Source: a virus. Taken from it: DNA of 64,000 nucleotides. Position 1 is the first letter of the stretch, and every line of letters starts with the position of its first letter. The translations under genes and the position numbers were made by a program. Below, piece by piece: positions 19,981 through 31,233 of the stretch. The DNA lies in IMG/VR virus record IMGVR_UViG_3300047562_004403, positions 15,817 through 79,816 of that record, one strand, 5' to 3'. A model generated the notes under the pieces. The model was not told where the DNA came from, did no database searches, and saw nothing but the letters and a program-made list of their open reading frames with translations.

Positions 19981-20913
19981 TTAATTTCCGAGGGCTATAT
20001 AAGTTATAGTAATTTGAGTATTAACAGAAACAGGAGCTCTATTTACAGCCTTAATATAAATCGTAGAGTTATCTGTCCATCCTATAGCCCCTGGTGTAAT
20101 TTTTTTCGTCTCACCATTTAATTGAGCAGTTACAATATCAACAATTACACCAGATCCTTCCGCAGGAGGATCACCTTGTAATCTACTCGCATCATCAGTC
20201 CTACTAGCGTCATCAGTATATAAGGTCACCCACGTTGGTTGGTTAGTTTCTACTTTGAGAAGGGCAAATGATTCTGGCATATCATCAAAAAATCTAAGAA
20301 TAGTTTCACCAACTTCTACACTACTGCCAGCACTAATCGTCTTTGTTGTTTTTGTAAAACTTGGGGCATTTCTTGGCACCCAATTAGTTCCGTTCCAACT
20401 AAGTACTTGATTATTGCTAAGACTAACGTCACTTATGGATACATCCGTATGATTATCAATAGATCCTAAAGAAGTTAAATAGCCCTCGTTGGCATGGTTA
20501 CCCCAGGAATAGGCTGTGTTCCAATCGGCTGTTGACTCAGATGTTACACCAGGAAGTAAATCGGATATACTACCCGGTACCCACTGTCCTGAGCTTGCGC
20601 TCCATCGCAAAACATTCTTATCACTAGGAGAAGTAGTGACAGTGTTTACGTCCGTGTGATTATTGATAGATCCAATTGCTGTTAAGTAATTACTTTCAGC
20701 ATGATTACCCCAAGAATAAGCCTCATCCCATCCGGAAACTCTTGTAGGTGCAAATAATGAATCTCTTAAGCTAGATAGTGTTGTTCTTTTAGAAGTACCA
20801 GAGATAGAAGAAGTTAGATCGCTTTCATCTATTACTAAAAATACATCACCATCAGACAATGAATTAATCAGTCCTAGGTCTGTAATTTTTTTGGGAGTTA
20901 AGGTTGTTGACAT
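19981..20913 (-). CDS. Short tail fibre protein
   Basis: KKITDL N-terminus; duplicated W..AYSWGNHA...YLT..GSI.NHTDV unit; VL.W....WVP repeats. Confidence 0.75.
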   Translation of the reverse strand: MSTTLTPKKITDLGLINSLSDGDVFLVIDESDLTSSISGTSKRTTLSSLRDSLFAPTRVSGWDEAYSWGNHAESNYLTAIGSINNHTDVNTVTTSPSDKNVLRWSASSGQWVPGSISDLLPGVTSESTADWNTAYSWGNHANEGYLTSLGSIDNHTDVSISDVSLSNNQVLSWNGTNWVPRNAPSFTKTTKTISAGSSVEVGETILRFFDDMPESFALLKVETNQPTWVTLYTDDASRTDDASRLQGDPPAEGSGVIVDIVTAQLNGETKKITPGAIGWTDNSTIYIKAVNRAPVSVNTQITITYIALGN

Positions 20914-20915
20914 GG

Positions 20916-23087
20916 TTAATAGTTATAAATTAATTGTGTTCCGTCTTCTAAAGTCAAGAAATTAGACCCATCTTCTGTGGTTAGTAATGGCATTCCTTCT
21001 TCTATAATACCTTCATCTATTATTTCTAATTCGAAAAAAGCATCGCCTACTGCCCACAAATCTGCAGATAAATACGGATATTGGATTCTTACGTTTAAAT
21101 TAGATGGCATCCAATTAGACGCAATATACGAAACTTTATCCCAAGATCTTCCGTCTCTGTTGTAATAATATGGCATTCTAAAGAATACAACTTTGCTTTG
21201 TTCTGGGGTACAAACTTTACTCACATCTGCAATAAGTTGATTAGTAAAATTATTTATTTTAGCATCTTCAACTGTACCTACTTGGATCGTATCAGGCTTA
21301 TATGGTGTAAGTACGGGGGCATTTATTTCAGCCTCACGAAGGCCTGTTCTTGGTTTAAAAACTTTTTTATTAATATCCGTAACCTCTAATTCTAGAGGGC
21401 TATGTGCTTTAAGCCCTAGAGCAGAAGTTAAAAACATTACGTTTAAAAAACTACCTTTTGATTCTATAAGCCCGTTCCACTTAGTCTTATCTATTGTAAC
21501 AGTATCTACATAATCCAAAGAAACCTTATTAGTCTCATCGGAAAAACTTTTAAGTTTAATTGCATCAAAGAAATAATAAATCTTATTATCGAATACAACA
21601 AATCTTTCTTTTTCGTCAAATTTTACTCTTAGGAAATTTTCTTGTTCAGAGTTTTCTGCCCATTCCTTATTTGTAAATGGAAATTTATTAAGAGTTTCGC
21701 CTTTTAAAGTTAAAACACTACCTCTACCTGGTAATTCTGTACTTATTGTTCTATCCCACCATCCGAACGCATTATTAATCATCAATCGCTTTATTCTTTT
21801 ATCCCAATCCGGATTCCATAGAGGCCCGAAAAGACCAAGATGTTGCGCTAACCAATCTAGTAATGCCGGGTTACATTTATCCGGATCTAAATAATCAAGA
21901 TAGAATGAAGCAATAGAATCTTTTTTATTGGAAAGAAACTCATCTGCTCCTGATACTAACCATTTAGATGGTGCTTCAGCACTAGAGAAAGCGGGATCAG
22001 TTCGATATCCTTCGGATATACCGGGTAGTCTTGAGTATATTGGACGCGATATAGAATCTTTTTCATACTCAACTTTAGATGCTTTTAAGAAACTATTTGT
22101 TGTTTGAACAACTGACCGAAGAAGACTTTTTATTCGATCGTATACCCTGGCTATAAAATCAAATCCGCTTGTAGAGTTTAAGAAACGCGAAGAAAATTCT
22201 TGAGTAATTATCTCGGAGCATCTGCTTTTCCACTCTTCATCCAAATCAGAAAAATATTCTGAAAGCGAATCTTTTATCTTCTCATTAGTTATTGAATAAA
22301 GTCTCTCATTTGTATAACCTTCTGAAGTTTGCGGATAAGTCGATGTAATTATTTTTCTTATAAATTTTTCCTTTCTATCTTCTATTCCTCCTGCGCTATT
22401 TCTGATATATGAGTCTAAGAAGTCTTCAGAAAAATAAAATACGGGCGGGAGCAAAATTGTGGAGTTTATACTTGCCGGTTTATTAATTTCAATCTTTATA
22501 GGATCTCCTGTTGAAGAATAAGTAGTATATATTCCACGTACCACTGTTGGAAGTTCTACGGACTTTAGACTGGGCAAATAATACACAAGAGGTAAATCTA
22601 AATTTCCGTACGTATTTTTAGAAGTATATTTCCATTTTGAGTCGTTAATTTTTTCTAATGTCCCAATTACACACTTTGCTGGATTGCATTTAGAATCTGT
22701 ACCAAAACCTTTAGCGCATTTTAAGCCATACATTGTGCAAGATTCTTTGCCTATACGAGAAGAACCACCCAAAGGATGCCCATGGGATAAAATTTCATAT
22801 GAGTAATTATCACCATTCACACGAGGAATAACATTACTACTCGAATAAACATGACCTATGTTTTTATATACAAATCCGCTCGAAGTTAATTTATTAATAT
22901 TAACATCAATTACTTTTTGTCTATTAATATTTAAGTCATTGTTACTAACAAAGTCAATAGCCCCGAGCTTATGCGCAAATATCTTTTGTTGCTTTGTTCT
23001 TTCGAACTCTACTACAACATGAGCAGGAGATAGAATCGGATTACGTCTACCAGTCTTTTTTATACTATTCCAACTAGAAAGATTCAT
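20916..23087 (-). CDS. Baseplate wedge protein (P2 gpI-like domain)
   Basis: YLDPDKCNPALLDWLAQHLG motif; directly downstream of baseplate J. Confidence 0.75.
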   Translation of the reverse strand: MNLSSWNSIKKTGRRNPILSPAHVVVEFERTKQQKIFAHKLGAIDFVSNNDLNINRQKVIDVNINKLTSSGFVYKNIGHVYSSSNVIPRVNGDNYSYEILSHGHPLGGSSRIGKESCTMYGLKCAKGFGTDSKCNPAKCVIGTLEKINDSKWKYTSKNTYGNLDLPLVYYLPSLKSVELPTVVRGIYTTYSSTGDPIKIEINKPASINSTILLPPVFYFSEDFLDSYIRNSAGGIEDRKEKFIRKIITSTYPQTSEGYTNERLYSITNEKIKDSLSEYFSDLDEEWKSRCSEIITQEFSSRFLNSTSGFDFIARVYDRIKSLLRSVVQTTNSFLKASKVEYEKDSISRPIYSRLPGISEGYRTDPAFSSAEAPSKWLVSGADEFLSNKKDSIASFYLDYLDPDKCNPALLDWLAQHLGLFGPLWNPDWDKRIKRLMINNAFGWWDRTISTELPGRGSVLTLKGETLNKFPFTNKEWAENSEQENFLRVKFDEKERFVVFDNKIYYFFDAIKLKSFSDETNKVSLDYVDTVTIDKTKWNGLIESKGSFLNVMFLTSALGLKAHSPLELEVTDINKKVFKPRTGLREAEINAPVLTPYKPDTIQVGTVEDAKINNFTNQLIADVSKVCTPEQSKVVFFRMPYYYNRDGRSWDKVSYIASNWMPSNLNVRIQYPYLSADLWAVGDAFFELEIIDEGIIEEGMPLLTTEDGSNFLTLEDGTQLIYNY

Positions 23088-24373
23088 GGGGTATATAGAT
23101 TTTCATAATAAAATGTTAAAGGAGAAAAATCTCTAATAGATGTAAAACCTATTTGCGCTCTATATAGCTTATAAGACGATATAGGAGACAGAGCGGATTG
23201 CGTTTGATTATTTATATCTACAACTCCTAAATATTCATAGTTGCAAGCTTCTCCTTCTTCATCTTCTTCTCCTTGAAATCCTGCGCAAAATCCTTCTATT
23301 ACTGCGGGATTTTTTATCATGCTTTTAATATCTAATCTATTAATAGAATTCACAAAATCAAAAGAATATAAAATTTTAAGCATCTCCTGGTAAGAAAGTT
23401 GTGAACCTAATGGTAAATTAGTGGGATTTATGTAAGACTTTAGTCCTTCAATTATTTGCGACGAAAGAAAATCCACCGATCCCGAAATAGTAGTAGGATC
23501 GTAATATATCTCTATAGTGACATCTACAGGAATTATGTCTGGAGCTATGAAAGAAATATTTGTTCCTATTGTCACTCTAGATTTAATAGAGTTAATTAAA
23601 AAAGATAAATTAGACGAGCTTAATTCCTTACCATTTTCATCTCCTACACAAATTACTATATTTCCGGAAAATGATTCCGATAGATTATTTCTTTCCTCGT
23701 ACGTAAGAACTTTTACAATATTAGTCTCAGGTACAAGAATTCTGACTTCATTTTCAAAATCTACAGAAGTAGTTAAATTTCTCCTACTTAAAACCTCAAA
23801 AGCTCTTTGCTTCATCTGAGATACGGATTCTGTATCAGTACCACCTACCGCTTCTGCCTCGTTTCTTAAAAATTCTAATCCGGCAAAATTTTTCTCTATT
23901 TTATTTATCTCACCAACTCCTACGTTATAAGCTGCTCCCCATCTTTCTGATTGACACGCTACTGTTTTAGAGAATTCAGTTTCTGGTATTCTAACTTCTT
24001 CCAAAGTTGTAAATACTTGTCCTCCATTTGCAACAAGTTTTGTTCCTCTAGGAATTATTAAAACTCTTAAAAATCCTGGCACTTTATAAAAAGTAACATC
24101 AACAAGCGACCTACTTCCTATTTTTCTTTGTACTCCTAATTGTCTAAGCCATTGCAAACTAAAGGCTTCAGGAAGATTATTCAGATAATAAAGGAGCTCA
24201 GATTGGGCAAAAGCCTGACCTTCACTGATTGCTGATAAAGGAGACGACGGAGTAAAGTCATTAAGATCTCCGCCAGATTCTAGATAAATTCTAGTTTGAA
24301 TAGCCCGTACTAAAGCGTCAGTATTTCTACTATCAAGTTGTAGCGGAAGTATAGGACCGTAAATGTTAGCCAT
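23084..24373 (-). CDS. Baseplate J-like protein
   Basis: IPRGTKL...FTT...G...N...N...AVGGTDTES...R...T..DFE signature. Confidence 0.9.
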   Translation of the reverse strand: MANIYGPILPLQLDSRNTDALVRAIQTRIYLESGGDLNDFTPSSPLSAISEGQAFAQSELLYYLNNLPEAFSLQWLRQLGVQRKIGSRSLVDVTFYKVPGFLRVLIIPRGTKLVANGGQVFTTLEEVRIPETEFSKTVACQSERWGAAYNVGVGEINKIEKNFAGLEFLRNEAEAVGGTDTESVSQMKQRAFEVLSRRNLTTSVDFENEVRILVPETNIVKVLTYEERNNLSESFSGNIVICVGDENGKELSSSNLSFLINSIKSRVTIGTNISFIAPDIIPVDVTIEIYYDPTTISGSVDFLSSQIIEGLKSYINPTNLPLGSQLSYQEMLKILYSFDFVNSINRLDIKSMIKNPAVIEGFCAGFQGEEDEEGEACNYEYLGVVDINNQTQSALSPISSYKLYRAQIGFTSIRDFSPLTFYYENLYTP

Positions 24374-25404
24374 TAGAATGCTGGTTGAAAGTTTCTAGTC
24401 GAGGGTGTTGATCCGCCTTGAGGATCAGAATTTTCTTCATCAGGGACATTATTTAGATCTATTAGATTTCCATTTGACATAGTAGCAGGATCGAATGTTG
24501 TAAGACCATTAATTAATTCACCGACAAGAGAAATATTATATACTTGGCGTTCTGCATTTGCTACTTCAGGGAATTGACTTAGATACGATGCTGCCGAACC
24601 CGCAGGAGAAGAAATCTCTGATTCTATATCTGTATCAGAAATTGATTGAGCACCTATGGGGTTAAATAAATTCTCAAGAGGAGTTATAGACGGATAGTTA
24701 ACATAACCCTGGTTAATAATATCTCTAAATCCTATCGGTATTGCAGATGAAGTTAAACCCGGGTACGCGATATCTTTCCAATAATCTTGAGGAGTTATGT
24801 ATCCTTTGGTAAATTCTACTCCTCTAAGATCAGAACCCGTATCCGCAGAATTTTTTAGATTTATTCTAGCATTTACCGGAGGAACAGAAAGTTTAGTTTG
24901 AGGATTATTAGAAATAATTCTTGTCATAAGCGGAATATCAACCCCCACACCCTTAATATTTTCTAAATTTTTTGCAATATCAATAGACAGTTCTTGTAAA
25001 GAAGGCGCATTGGGCAAAACTCTAGAAAAAGTTATGTTAAGATAATCCGACATTATTGCCCCGTAATCCTCAACGCTATCAATAACAAGGGGTAATTCCG
25101 TATTTATTTTTTCCATTATATTATTCTTCCAATTAGGTCCAATGTTTACATCGATATAGTTATTAAACTCCGGATCACTATTATACTTACCTTCAAGTTC
25201 TGATACTATAGCAGATGTAAATTGTTCCGGAGAAACAAAAAAATCTGTAAAAATTGCTGATGGCCGATGCATATCCAGAAAACTTGTCGGAGATTCCGAA
25301 TAAATTTGATTTTGTACTTCACGAAAATACTCGGGGTCTCCATACGCAACAGAAGCTAAGCCCCCTAACGTACTGAAACTATTAGTAATATAGCCGGTTT
25401 TCAA
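24373..25404 (-). CDS. Hypothetical baseplate protein (LysM/gp53-like N-terminus)
   Basis: TLGGLASVAYGDPEYFREV resembles LysM/tail-X; upstream of J. Start placed at TTG 25404, below a GTTTAAAT motif. Confidence 0.5.
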   Translation of the reverse strand: MKTGYITNSFSTLGGLASVAYGDPEYFREVQNQIYSESPTSFLDMHRPSAIFTDFFVSPEQFTSAIVSELEGKYNSDPEFNNYIDVNIGPNWKNNIMEKINTELPLVIDSVEDYGAIMSDYLNITFSRVLPNAPSLQELSIDIAKNLENIKGVGVDIPLMTRIISNNPQTKLSVPPVNARINLKNSADTGSDLRGVEFTKGYITPQDYWKDIAYPGLTSSAIPIGFRDIINQGYVNYPSITPLENLFNPIGAQSISDTDIESEISSPAGSAASYLSQFPEVANAERQVYNISLVGELINGLTTFDPATMSNGNLIDLNNVPDEENSDPQGGSTPSTRNFQPAF

Positions 25405-25449
25405 GATTAAAGATAGTTGTATATATCTATATTTAAACCGCAAAAGGTA

Positions 25450-25457
25450 GGTTAAAG
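25450..25457 (+). promoter_or_regulatory. Late promoter variant GGTTAAAG (divergent partner GTTTAAAT at 25431-25438, minus strand)
   Basis: Back-to-back motif variants between divergent structural operons. Confidence 0.45.
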
Positions 25458-25483
25458 TTTATCAGACGTATTATTTGTTATCA

Positions 25484-26044
25484 ATGGCGGAAGCAACACT
25501 GCAGCAAATAACAACATCTTTGCCAGGAGAAGAACCATTTATTGGCGATCTTTCTGAGGGTGAAATTTGTGTTAATGTTGCAGATGGAAGAATATGGGCC
25601 GGAGATTCTATTTCTACTCCTATAGAAATCGGAGGCGCCGTAAAAAATTGTCCTATTGGCCCGTTGCTTTCTTCTAATTATTTGGACATAGATATTACTT
25701 CCGCAGACAATCTCCCCGTTCCTAATACTAATCCACTAGATGTTCCCCCAGGATTTTATAGAGAACAACGTATTTTTCTTAAATTTGTTCAAAATCCTCT
25801 ACAAAATTTTTCAACATATTTTGACTATCCTGTTGATTGGGGAGTTGATTCTAGTTGGAAATTTGGAACAAATGTAATCACCTGGGGAGGAGATTCAGAT
25901 CAACTAAACTTCGCAGCTAATAACCCCATAGACTTTTATAAAGCTCAGGGTAGAAAAATTTTAGTAGAATTAAGTTCTTTTGGCCCAAGTACAAAATGGA
26001 TCGGAAGATTACTCTGGGTAAGTTCTATTACCCCGTCAACCTAG
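25484..26044 (+). CDS. Tail fibre-associated protein
   Basis: P...DLSEGEICVNVADGRIWAG motif common at the N-termini of phage fibre proteins. Confidence 0.6.
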   Translation: MAEATLQQITTSLPGEEPFIGDLSEGEICVNVADGRIWAGDSISTPIEIGGAVKNCPIGPLLSSNYLDIDITSADNLPVPNTNPLDVPPGFYREQRIFLKFVQNPLQNFSTYFDYPVDWGVDSSWKFGTNVITWGGDSDQLNFAANNPIDFYKAQGRKILVELSSFGPSTKWIGRLLWVSSITPST

Positions 26045-26067
26045 GCATATTCCTTAAAAACTAAAAC

Positions 26068-29000
26068 ATGGAAGAAATTGTAACTACATCTCCAAGAAGA
26101 ACTGTTCTCTCAAAAATAACATTTGAGAATGGTTCAATTGTATCTAAAGAATATCTTAATAAAGTTCAAAGAGGTTCGAGTTTTTCCACAGAAGTTTCTA
26201 GGGAGGATTATTACGCTGAACCTACAGACGCAGAACATGCAGGGTGGAAGATAGGACAACGAGATGGTGTAAAAGACTGGGAAATTGCCGATCCTCGCAA
26301 AGAACCTGAATCTTCACTAGGACGTTTAGCACATGATGGTATAGTTCTTAAGTCATATGATCCGGACACGGGAATCAAAGTATGGGGCCCGCCAACTCTA
26401 ATAGAAACAAGCACCGGTAGCGGGGTATATGGTGTTTGGGTAGAAGCAGGAAAAATTATCAGTAGAGATGGTCAACCCATTTCTTGGGAGATACAATTTG
26501 TCGAACTTCTTAGCGGATTAGAGACAAATTATTTATATATTGATGAAGCAGGAGCTAAAGAAAAAATTTCTAATAATGAAGCTGTAGAGATTTCTATTGG
26601 CTCTTCACTACCATCGGTATCTAATCCTCATATTCCTTTAGCAAAATTAACTCTAAATGCTGATGGTACGGCTCTCAGAGCAGATACTAATGGCGAAATA
26701 ATCGGCACCGGATACGTTGATCTTCGTCCGAACCTATACGTGGGTAATCTTAATACCTATCCGCAGATTTTAAGAAACACAGAAATTATCGAGGATTCTT
26801 ATTTTGCAAAAAGTTGGGAAAGAGTTATTGCAGATACATCCGCAGGATCACTAGTCATATCTTTGCCATCTGCGCCTACGGACTCAGATAGAGTTGCTAT
26901 AGTTGATATCTCTGGGACTTTTGATAGATTTCCTATAGTAATTCGCCCAGGTGGCGATACTAAAATTAACAATTCTGTTGATGATTGGATTGTTAATATT
27001 AAAAACGCAAATATAGAACTGTTTTATCATGCTGCGACTCTGGAGTGGAAGTTTGAAGAAACGCCCGGAGGAGAATGTTCTCCTGTAACAGGAACATTCT
27101 TGAGTTGCGGAGGTAAAGAGTTTATTGGAACACGTACTGCTGGAGAATGCGTTGATGGAAAAGTTATCGAAGTTATATACCCTAACAGACCCGAAGGTGT
27201 ATATCGCTATGAACCATCAACACAAAAATGTTATAAAGAATATTACGATTCAGTAGCGGTATTTGCCGACGGACGTGGCGGACTTATTAAAGTCCAAGAT
27301 GCTCCTAGATGCGATCGTCCGGAAAACAACACGATAAATAACACAACAGTACGTAACATTATTTATGTCGATCCTGCTTCTGGAGACGACTCATTATCAA
27401 ATACTGGATTCTCAGAAGAAGCACCTTTTCGCTCTATAGAACGCGCACTTATTGAAGCTGTACGTGAAAGTCGCAGAGCCGGGCAATATAATGATCGTTA
27501 CGACCGCGTGGTTATTGAACTTGCACCTGGCGATTATTATGTAGATAATTCTCCTGGTGCAGGAAGTATATCCGGATTGACAGCGGATACGGGTTTAATA
27601 CAAAGACTTGATACAGGATTTAAAGTATTAGCATCACAAAAAATAGATAGAGCAATAGTTATCCAAGTAGATTCTTTAAGTCCTACACTAACTCAGCCAC
27701 CCCGAACCTTAAATCTTGGCAGAATTTTATATACTAGTTCCGGAGCAGTAGGTAATATTGTTAAAATTCAAAAAGAAAGTCTAAGTTCATCAATTTGGAC
27801 CATAACTTTAGAATATGTAAAAGGTAGTTTTGCCGTTAATGACCAACTCTATTACGATGGGTTATCTTCAATTAATCCATCTGGCGGTGGTTTAATTGTT
27901 CCTCGGGGCATTTCTATTAATGGAGTGGATTTAAGAAAAGTTCGTATAAGGCCGATGTATGTGCCAGAACTTAATCCCATAGAAGAAGAACCTCAACGTC
28001 AAAAAACTTCAATTTTTAAAGTGACAGGTGGTAGTTATATTTCTCTAATTACTTTTACTGATAATCCTCAAATCTCAAGAAGCCATAACACTGTTACGTC
28101 TATCGGTTTTGCATCACAGGCAGAAATATTTGGAAGTTCAACAGAAACATCTTATTATTCCAAGATTAATACTCTCTTCGGGCAAAATGATGGCTGGGGG
28201 TCTGAAGGCCTTGAGGCTATTAATGCAGAAACAACTATTGTTGCTCCAATCTATGATTCTAAAGACCTTCGTCAGACAGACGCCGAAGAGAACCAAACAG
28301 GGATCCCTTTCCCAGACTCTAGACCAGATTCATCTATCTCCTATCCTGGCGCTACTAAGATAACGAGACAAGGCTCTGGAGATGTAAGAACTTTTGATCT
28401 TCCGGATATTAACTCTACAAGGTCCTCATCGCCCTATATCTTTAATTGTTCAGTTAGATCAATTTTTGGCCTAAATGGTCTTCATGCTGATGGGTCATTG
28501 GTATCTGGATTTAAGTCAATGGTGACTGCCAACTTCACCCAGGTGTCACTACAAACAGACCCAACTTGTTTTACAGACTCAAGTTACTATCTAGACCCAC
28601 CTACAAATAAAGATAGTGGCGTTGGTAAGCAATATAGACCTTGTCCTCCTGATCCGTTTAAATATCGCCATTTTGGTTTTAGGGGTAGTAATGACGCCAC
28701 CATCCAATTAGTAAGTTGTTTTGTTATTGGTAACGCAGATCACTTTATATCAGATAGTGGAGCAGATTTATCAATCACAAACTCTTGTTCGGACTTTGGA
28801 GATATTTCACTTCATTCAGTTGGTTATAAAACCCGTTCTTTTAGTCAGGATCAAGGCATACCATTTAATACCTATTCTGGAACAAGAATATTAGAAATTA
28901 TTCCACCTAAACCCTTAACGTATAATAATCTACCGTCTGGCGCTCCTGCGACACTTGTCGATACCGAAATAAATACTAGTTTAGTTATTGATTATGATCT

Positions 29001-31233
29001 GACTAAAAACTACTATGTAAATAATTCTAGTAATGGAACGCCTCCCAGTAATATTAGACTATATGTTAGAAATACTAATATAAGCGCTCCATTTACTATT
29101 TCAGAACCCCCATCTGCTAGAAAAATGGGATTTGGGCAATTTACTTATACAAGAGAAAAAGCAGATGGAACTTTTGAACTTTCAGGTGGAACATCTAAGG
29201 CAAATAGAAAAAGATTTTTTATAAAGGGGGTCAGTGAAACAGGTGAGTCTATACTTCATGCGGGAGATATTCAATTAGCTTCATCAACCTCCCCCGGCTT
29301 TGAATATCTTGATTCTTCTTCTAAAATTTTTGTTTGGGACGCTTCAAATAGTTGTTGGTACGTAGATGTAAGAACAAATAATATTATCGAAGAAGCAACC
29401 GATACAGATAATGATGGATATATTTTAAAGAAAATAGACTATGCTTTTAGATATAAAATTCTTACAAATCCCATAGGGTCAGAACTTTTTTATAAAGACT
29501 TAGATTTTATTTCTACAAGAACACCCATAACAACAGTAAGGGGTATCGATCGTAGAAAAAATGACGATAGAGTATATAGAGTGGTATTAGATGGATTTAT
29601 AAGAGATCAAGGGATAAGAAGGCCACAAAACTTCTATATTCTTGAAAAACAAATAGGTGTAAGAGGATATCCTCTTAACGCTGGATCGGTATTGGGTGAC
29701 GATCCTTTATCTATCTCTTTAATAAGAGAATATGACGAAGTTTTCGATCCAGAATCCTATAGAGATAGATTAGCAAAAAAACTCCCTGGAGATGGCAGAT
29801 TTGTAGTATATCTTACTCAGGCTTCTCAGGCAAGAAAGGTTGCTTCTGGGGATCTTTATCCGCCAGTAGATTTTGATGAGCCAGAATTAACTAATGATCC
29901 GCAAGAATCTATTACAAGAGAAGCTATTGTAAAATTTGCTGAAAGGCCGGGAGTTTATTTAAATAGAGCAGTTGAACCTAATGAAAATACTATTTCTGTA
30001 AAAGTAACCGCAAATTCATCTACCTCCGGCATTCTCATCGGGCTTCGCAGACCGTCTATTATCCGTGCTTCAGGCCATACCTGGGAATGGACAGGATATC
30101 TTAACTATGACACAGCCTTCCCTACCTTCCAAGGTGAACCATTAGAGCAAGATTTTGCTCTAGGTAAGATTATTGTCGAATCAAGGGGTGGTAAAGTTTA
30201 TGCCACAGGAATGAATGAAGAAGGAAGTTTTTATATTGGAACTACTGTCTTTGATCTTAGAACCGGGCAGCAATTTGCAATTCCACTAGAGGCGGATAAT
30301 GAACCAGGTTCGGTAACAAATCAAGTTTTTGAGAGCGTTGTAATAAAATCTAATCTTTCATTGGGTGATGGAGGTTCGATGTTCTTTGGTAGCGATACCT
30401 CTATATACTTCCATCCGCTTACAACTTTTAATACTATTACCGGCCCAATCACCGCTAGTTCTTCTCCATTGCCCGAAGTTTATGCAACAAATAGCAAAGC
30501 AGGTATAGTACAATTAGCTACTACGCAGGATATAAGAGGAGCGGCTAAAGTAGGAAGTAGAGGCGTAGCGGAAAAAGTAGTAGTATCAGCAGCGCAACTT
30601 TCTGATGAATTAGCAGTTAGATTTGACAATACTTTAGAGGCAGGAACTGGAATATCAATAACAAAAAGCTCTTTTGAGTTGCCTGGCGGAGATCCTGCGG
30701 ATCCTGCTGATAATATCTCGCAGTTCTTAGTAGAAGCAGGTCTACCAAATAATTCTGACATTGTTCCTTTTGCGGGAATAAGACTAGGTTCAATCGGTGG
30801 GCAATCTGTTACATCAATTGTAAATAGTACTACTGGGATTAGTAAAACCGCCCCATCTGATGAAAAATTAGTTACAGAAAAAGCTCTTGTTAAGCATATA
30901 GAAGCTACGCCACTAGTCTTTATGTTGCCTAGTTCTTCTGCTGAAGGTCTTGCCGATTTACAAACTACAGCCGCTGAATTCCTTACTGCTGTAGCTCCTC
31001 CTGGATCATATCCGCCAGGTCAGGTGGCTAGAGTAATTACAAGAGCATTATCTATTAGTTATACACCATCGAATGCAGTCGTAAATTATGCTGGGGCTAT
31101 TGGTTGGTATGGTGTTCAATCTGTTAGTTTTACTGCAGGTTCACTATCATACTCATTTAATAACGCCGCAGGTAGTACTGTTCTAGTATTTAAGACGAGT
31201 TCCGATTCGACCGCATGGACCCTTCAGAGTTAA
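26068..31233 (+). CDS. Large tail fibre/tailspike protein
   Basis: 1721 aa; DTSAGSLVISLP..PTDSDRV.IVD module, IYVDP..GDD...APFRSIERA beta-helix cap, AGIVQLAT fibre repeat. Confidence 0.75.
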   Translation: MEEIVTTSPRRTVLSKITFENGSIVSKEYLNKVQRGSSFSTEVSREDYYAEPTDAEHAGWKIGQRDGVKDWEIADPRKEPESSLGRLAHDGIVLKSYDPDTGIKVWGPPTLIETSTGSGVYGVWVEAGKIISRDGQPISWEIQFVELLSGLETNYLYIDEAGAKEKISNNEAVEISIGSSLPSVSNPHIPLAKLTLNADGTALRADTNGEIIGTGYVDLRPNLYVGNLNTYPQILRNTEIIEDSYFAKSWERVIADTSAGSLVISLPSAPTDSDRVAIVDISGTFDRFPIVIRPGGDTKINNSVDDWIVNIKNANIELFYHAATLEWKFEETPGGECSPVTGTFLSCGGKEFIGTRTAGECVDGKVIEVIYPNRPEGVYRYEPSTQKCYKEYYDSVAVFADGRGGLIKVQDAPRCDRPENNTINNTTVRNIIYVDPASGDDSLSNTGFSEEAPFRSIERALIEAVRESRRAGQYNDRYDRVVIELAPGDYYVDNSPGAGSISGLTADTGLIQRLDTGFKVLASQKIDRAIVIQVDSLSPTLTQPPRTLNLGRILYTSSGAVGNIVKIQKESLSSSIWTITLEYVKGSFAVNDQLYYDGLSSINPSGGGLIVPRGISINGVDLRKVRIRPMYVPELNPIEEEPQRQKTSIFKVTGGSYISLITFTDNPQISRSHNTVTSIGFASQAEIFGSSTETSYYSKINTLFGQNDGWGSEGLEAINAETTIVAPIYDSKDLRQTDAEENQTGIPFPDSRPDSSISYPGATKITRQGSGDVRTFDLPDINSTRSSSPYIFNCSVRSIFGLNGLHADGSLVSGFKSMVTANFTQVSLQTDPTCFTDSSYYLDPPTNKDSGVGKQYRPCPPDPFKYRHFGFRGSNDATIQLVSCFVIGNADHFISDSGADLSITNSCSDFGDISLHSVGYKTRSFSQDQGIPFNTYSGTRILEIIPPKPLTYNNLPSGAPATLVDTEINTSLVIDYDLTKNYYVNNSSNGTPPSNIRLYVRNTNISAPFTISEPPSARKMGFGQFTYTREKADGTFELSGGTSKANRKRFFIKGVSETGESILHAGDIQLASSTSPGFEYLDSSSKIFVWDASNSCWYVDVRTNNIIEEATDTDNDGYILKKIDYAFRYKILTNPIGSELFYKDLDFISTRTPITTVRGIDRRKNDDRVYRVVLDGFIRDQGIRRPQNFYILEKQIGVRGYPLNAGSVLGDDPLSISLIREYDEVFDPESYRDRLAKKLPGDGRFVVYLTQASQARKVASGDLYPPVDFDEPELTNDPQESITREAIVKFAERPGVYLNRAVEPNENTISVKVTANSSTSGILIGLRRPSIIRASGHTWEWTGYLNYDTAFPTFQGEPLEQDFALGKIIVESRGGKVYATGMNEEGSFYIGTTVFDLRTGQQFAIPLEADNEPGSVTNQVFESVVIKSNLSLGDGGSMFFGSDTSIYFHPLTTFNTITGPITASSSPLPEVYATNSKAGIVQLATTQDIRGAAKVGSRGVAEKVVVSAAQLSDELAVRFDNTLEAGTGISITKSSFELPGGDPADPADNISQFLVEAGLPNNSDIVPFAGIRLGSIGGQSVTSIVNSTTGISKTAPSDEKLVTEKALVKHIEATPLVFMLPSSSAEGLADLQTTAAEFLTAVAPPGSYPPGQVARVITRALSISYTPSNAVVNYAGAIGWYGVQSVSFTAGSLSYSFNNAAGSTVLVFKTSSDSTAWTLQS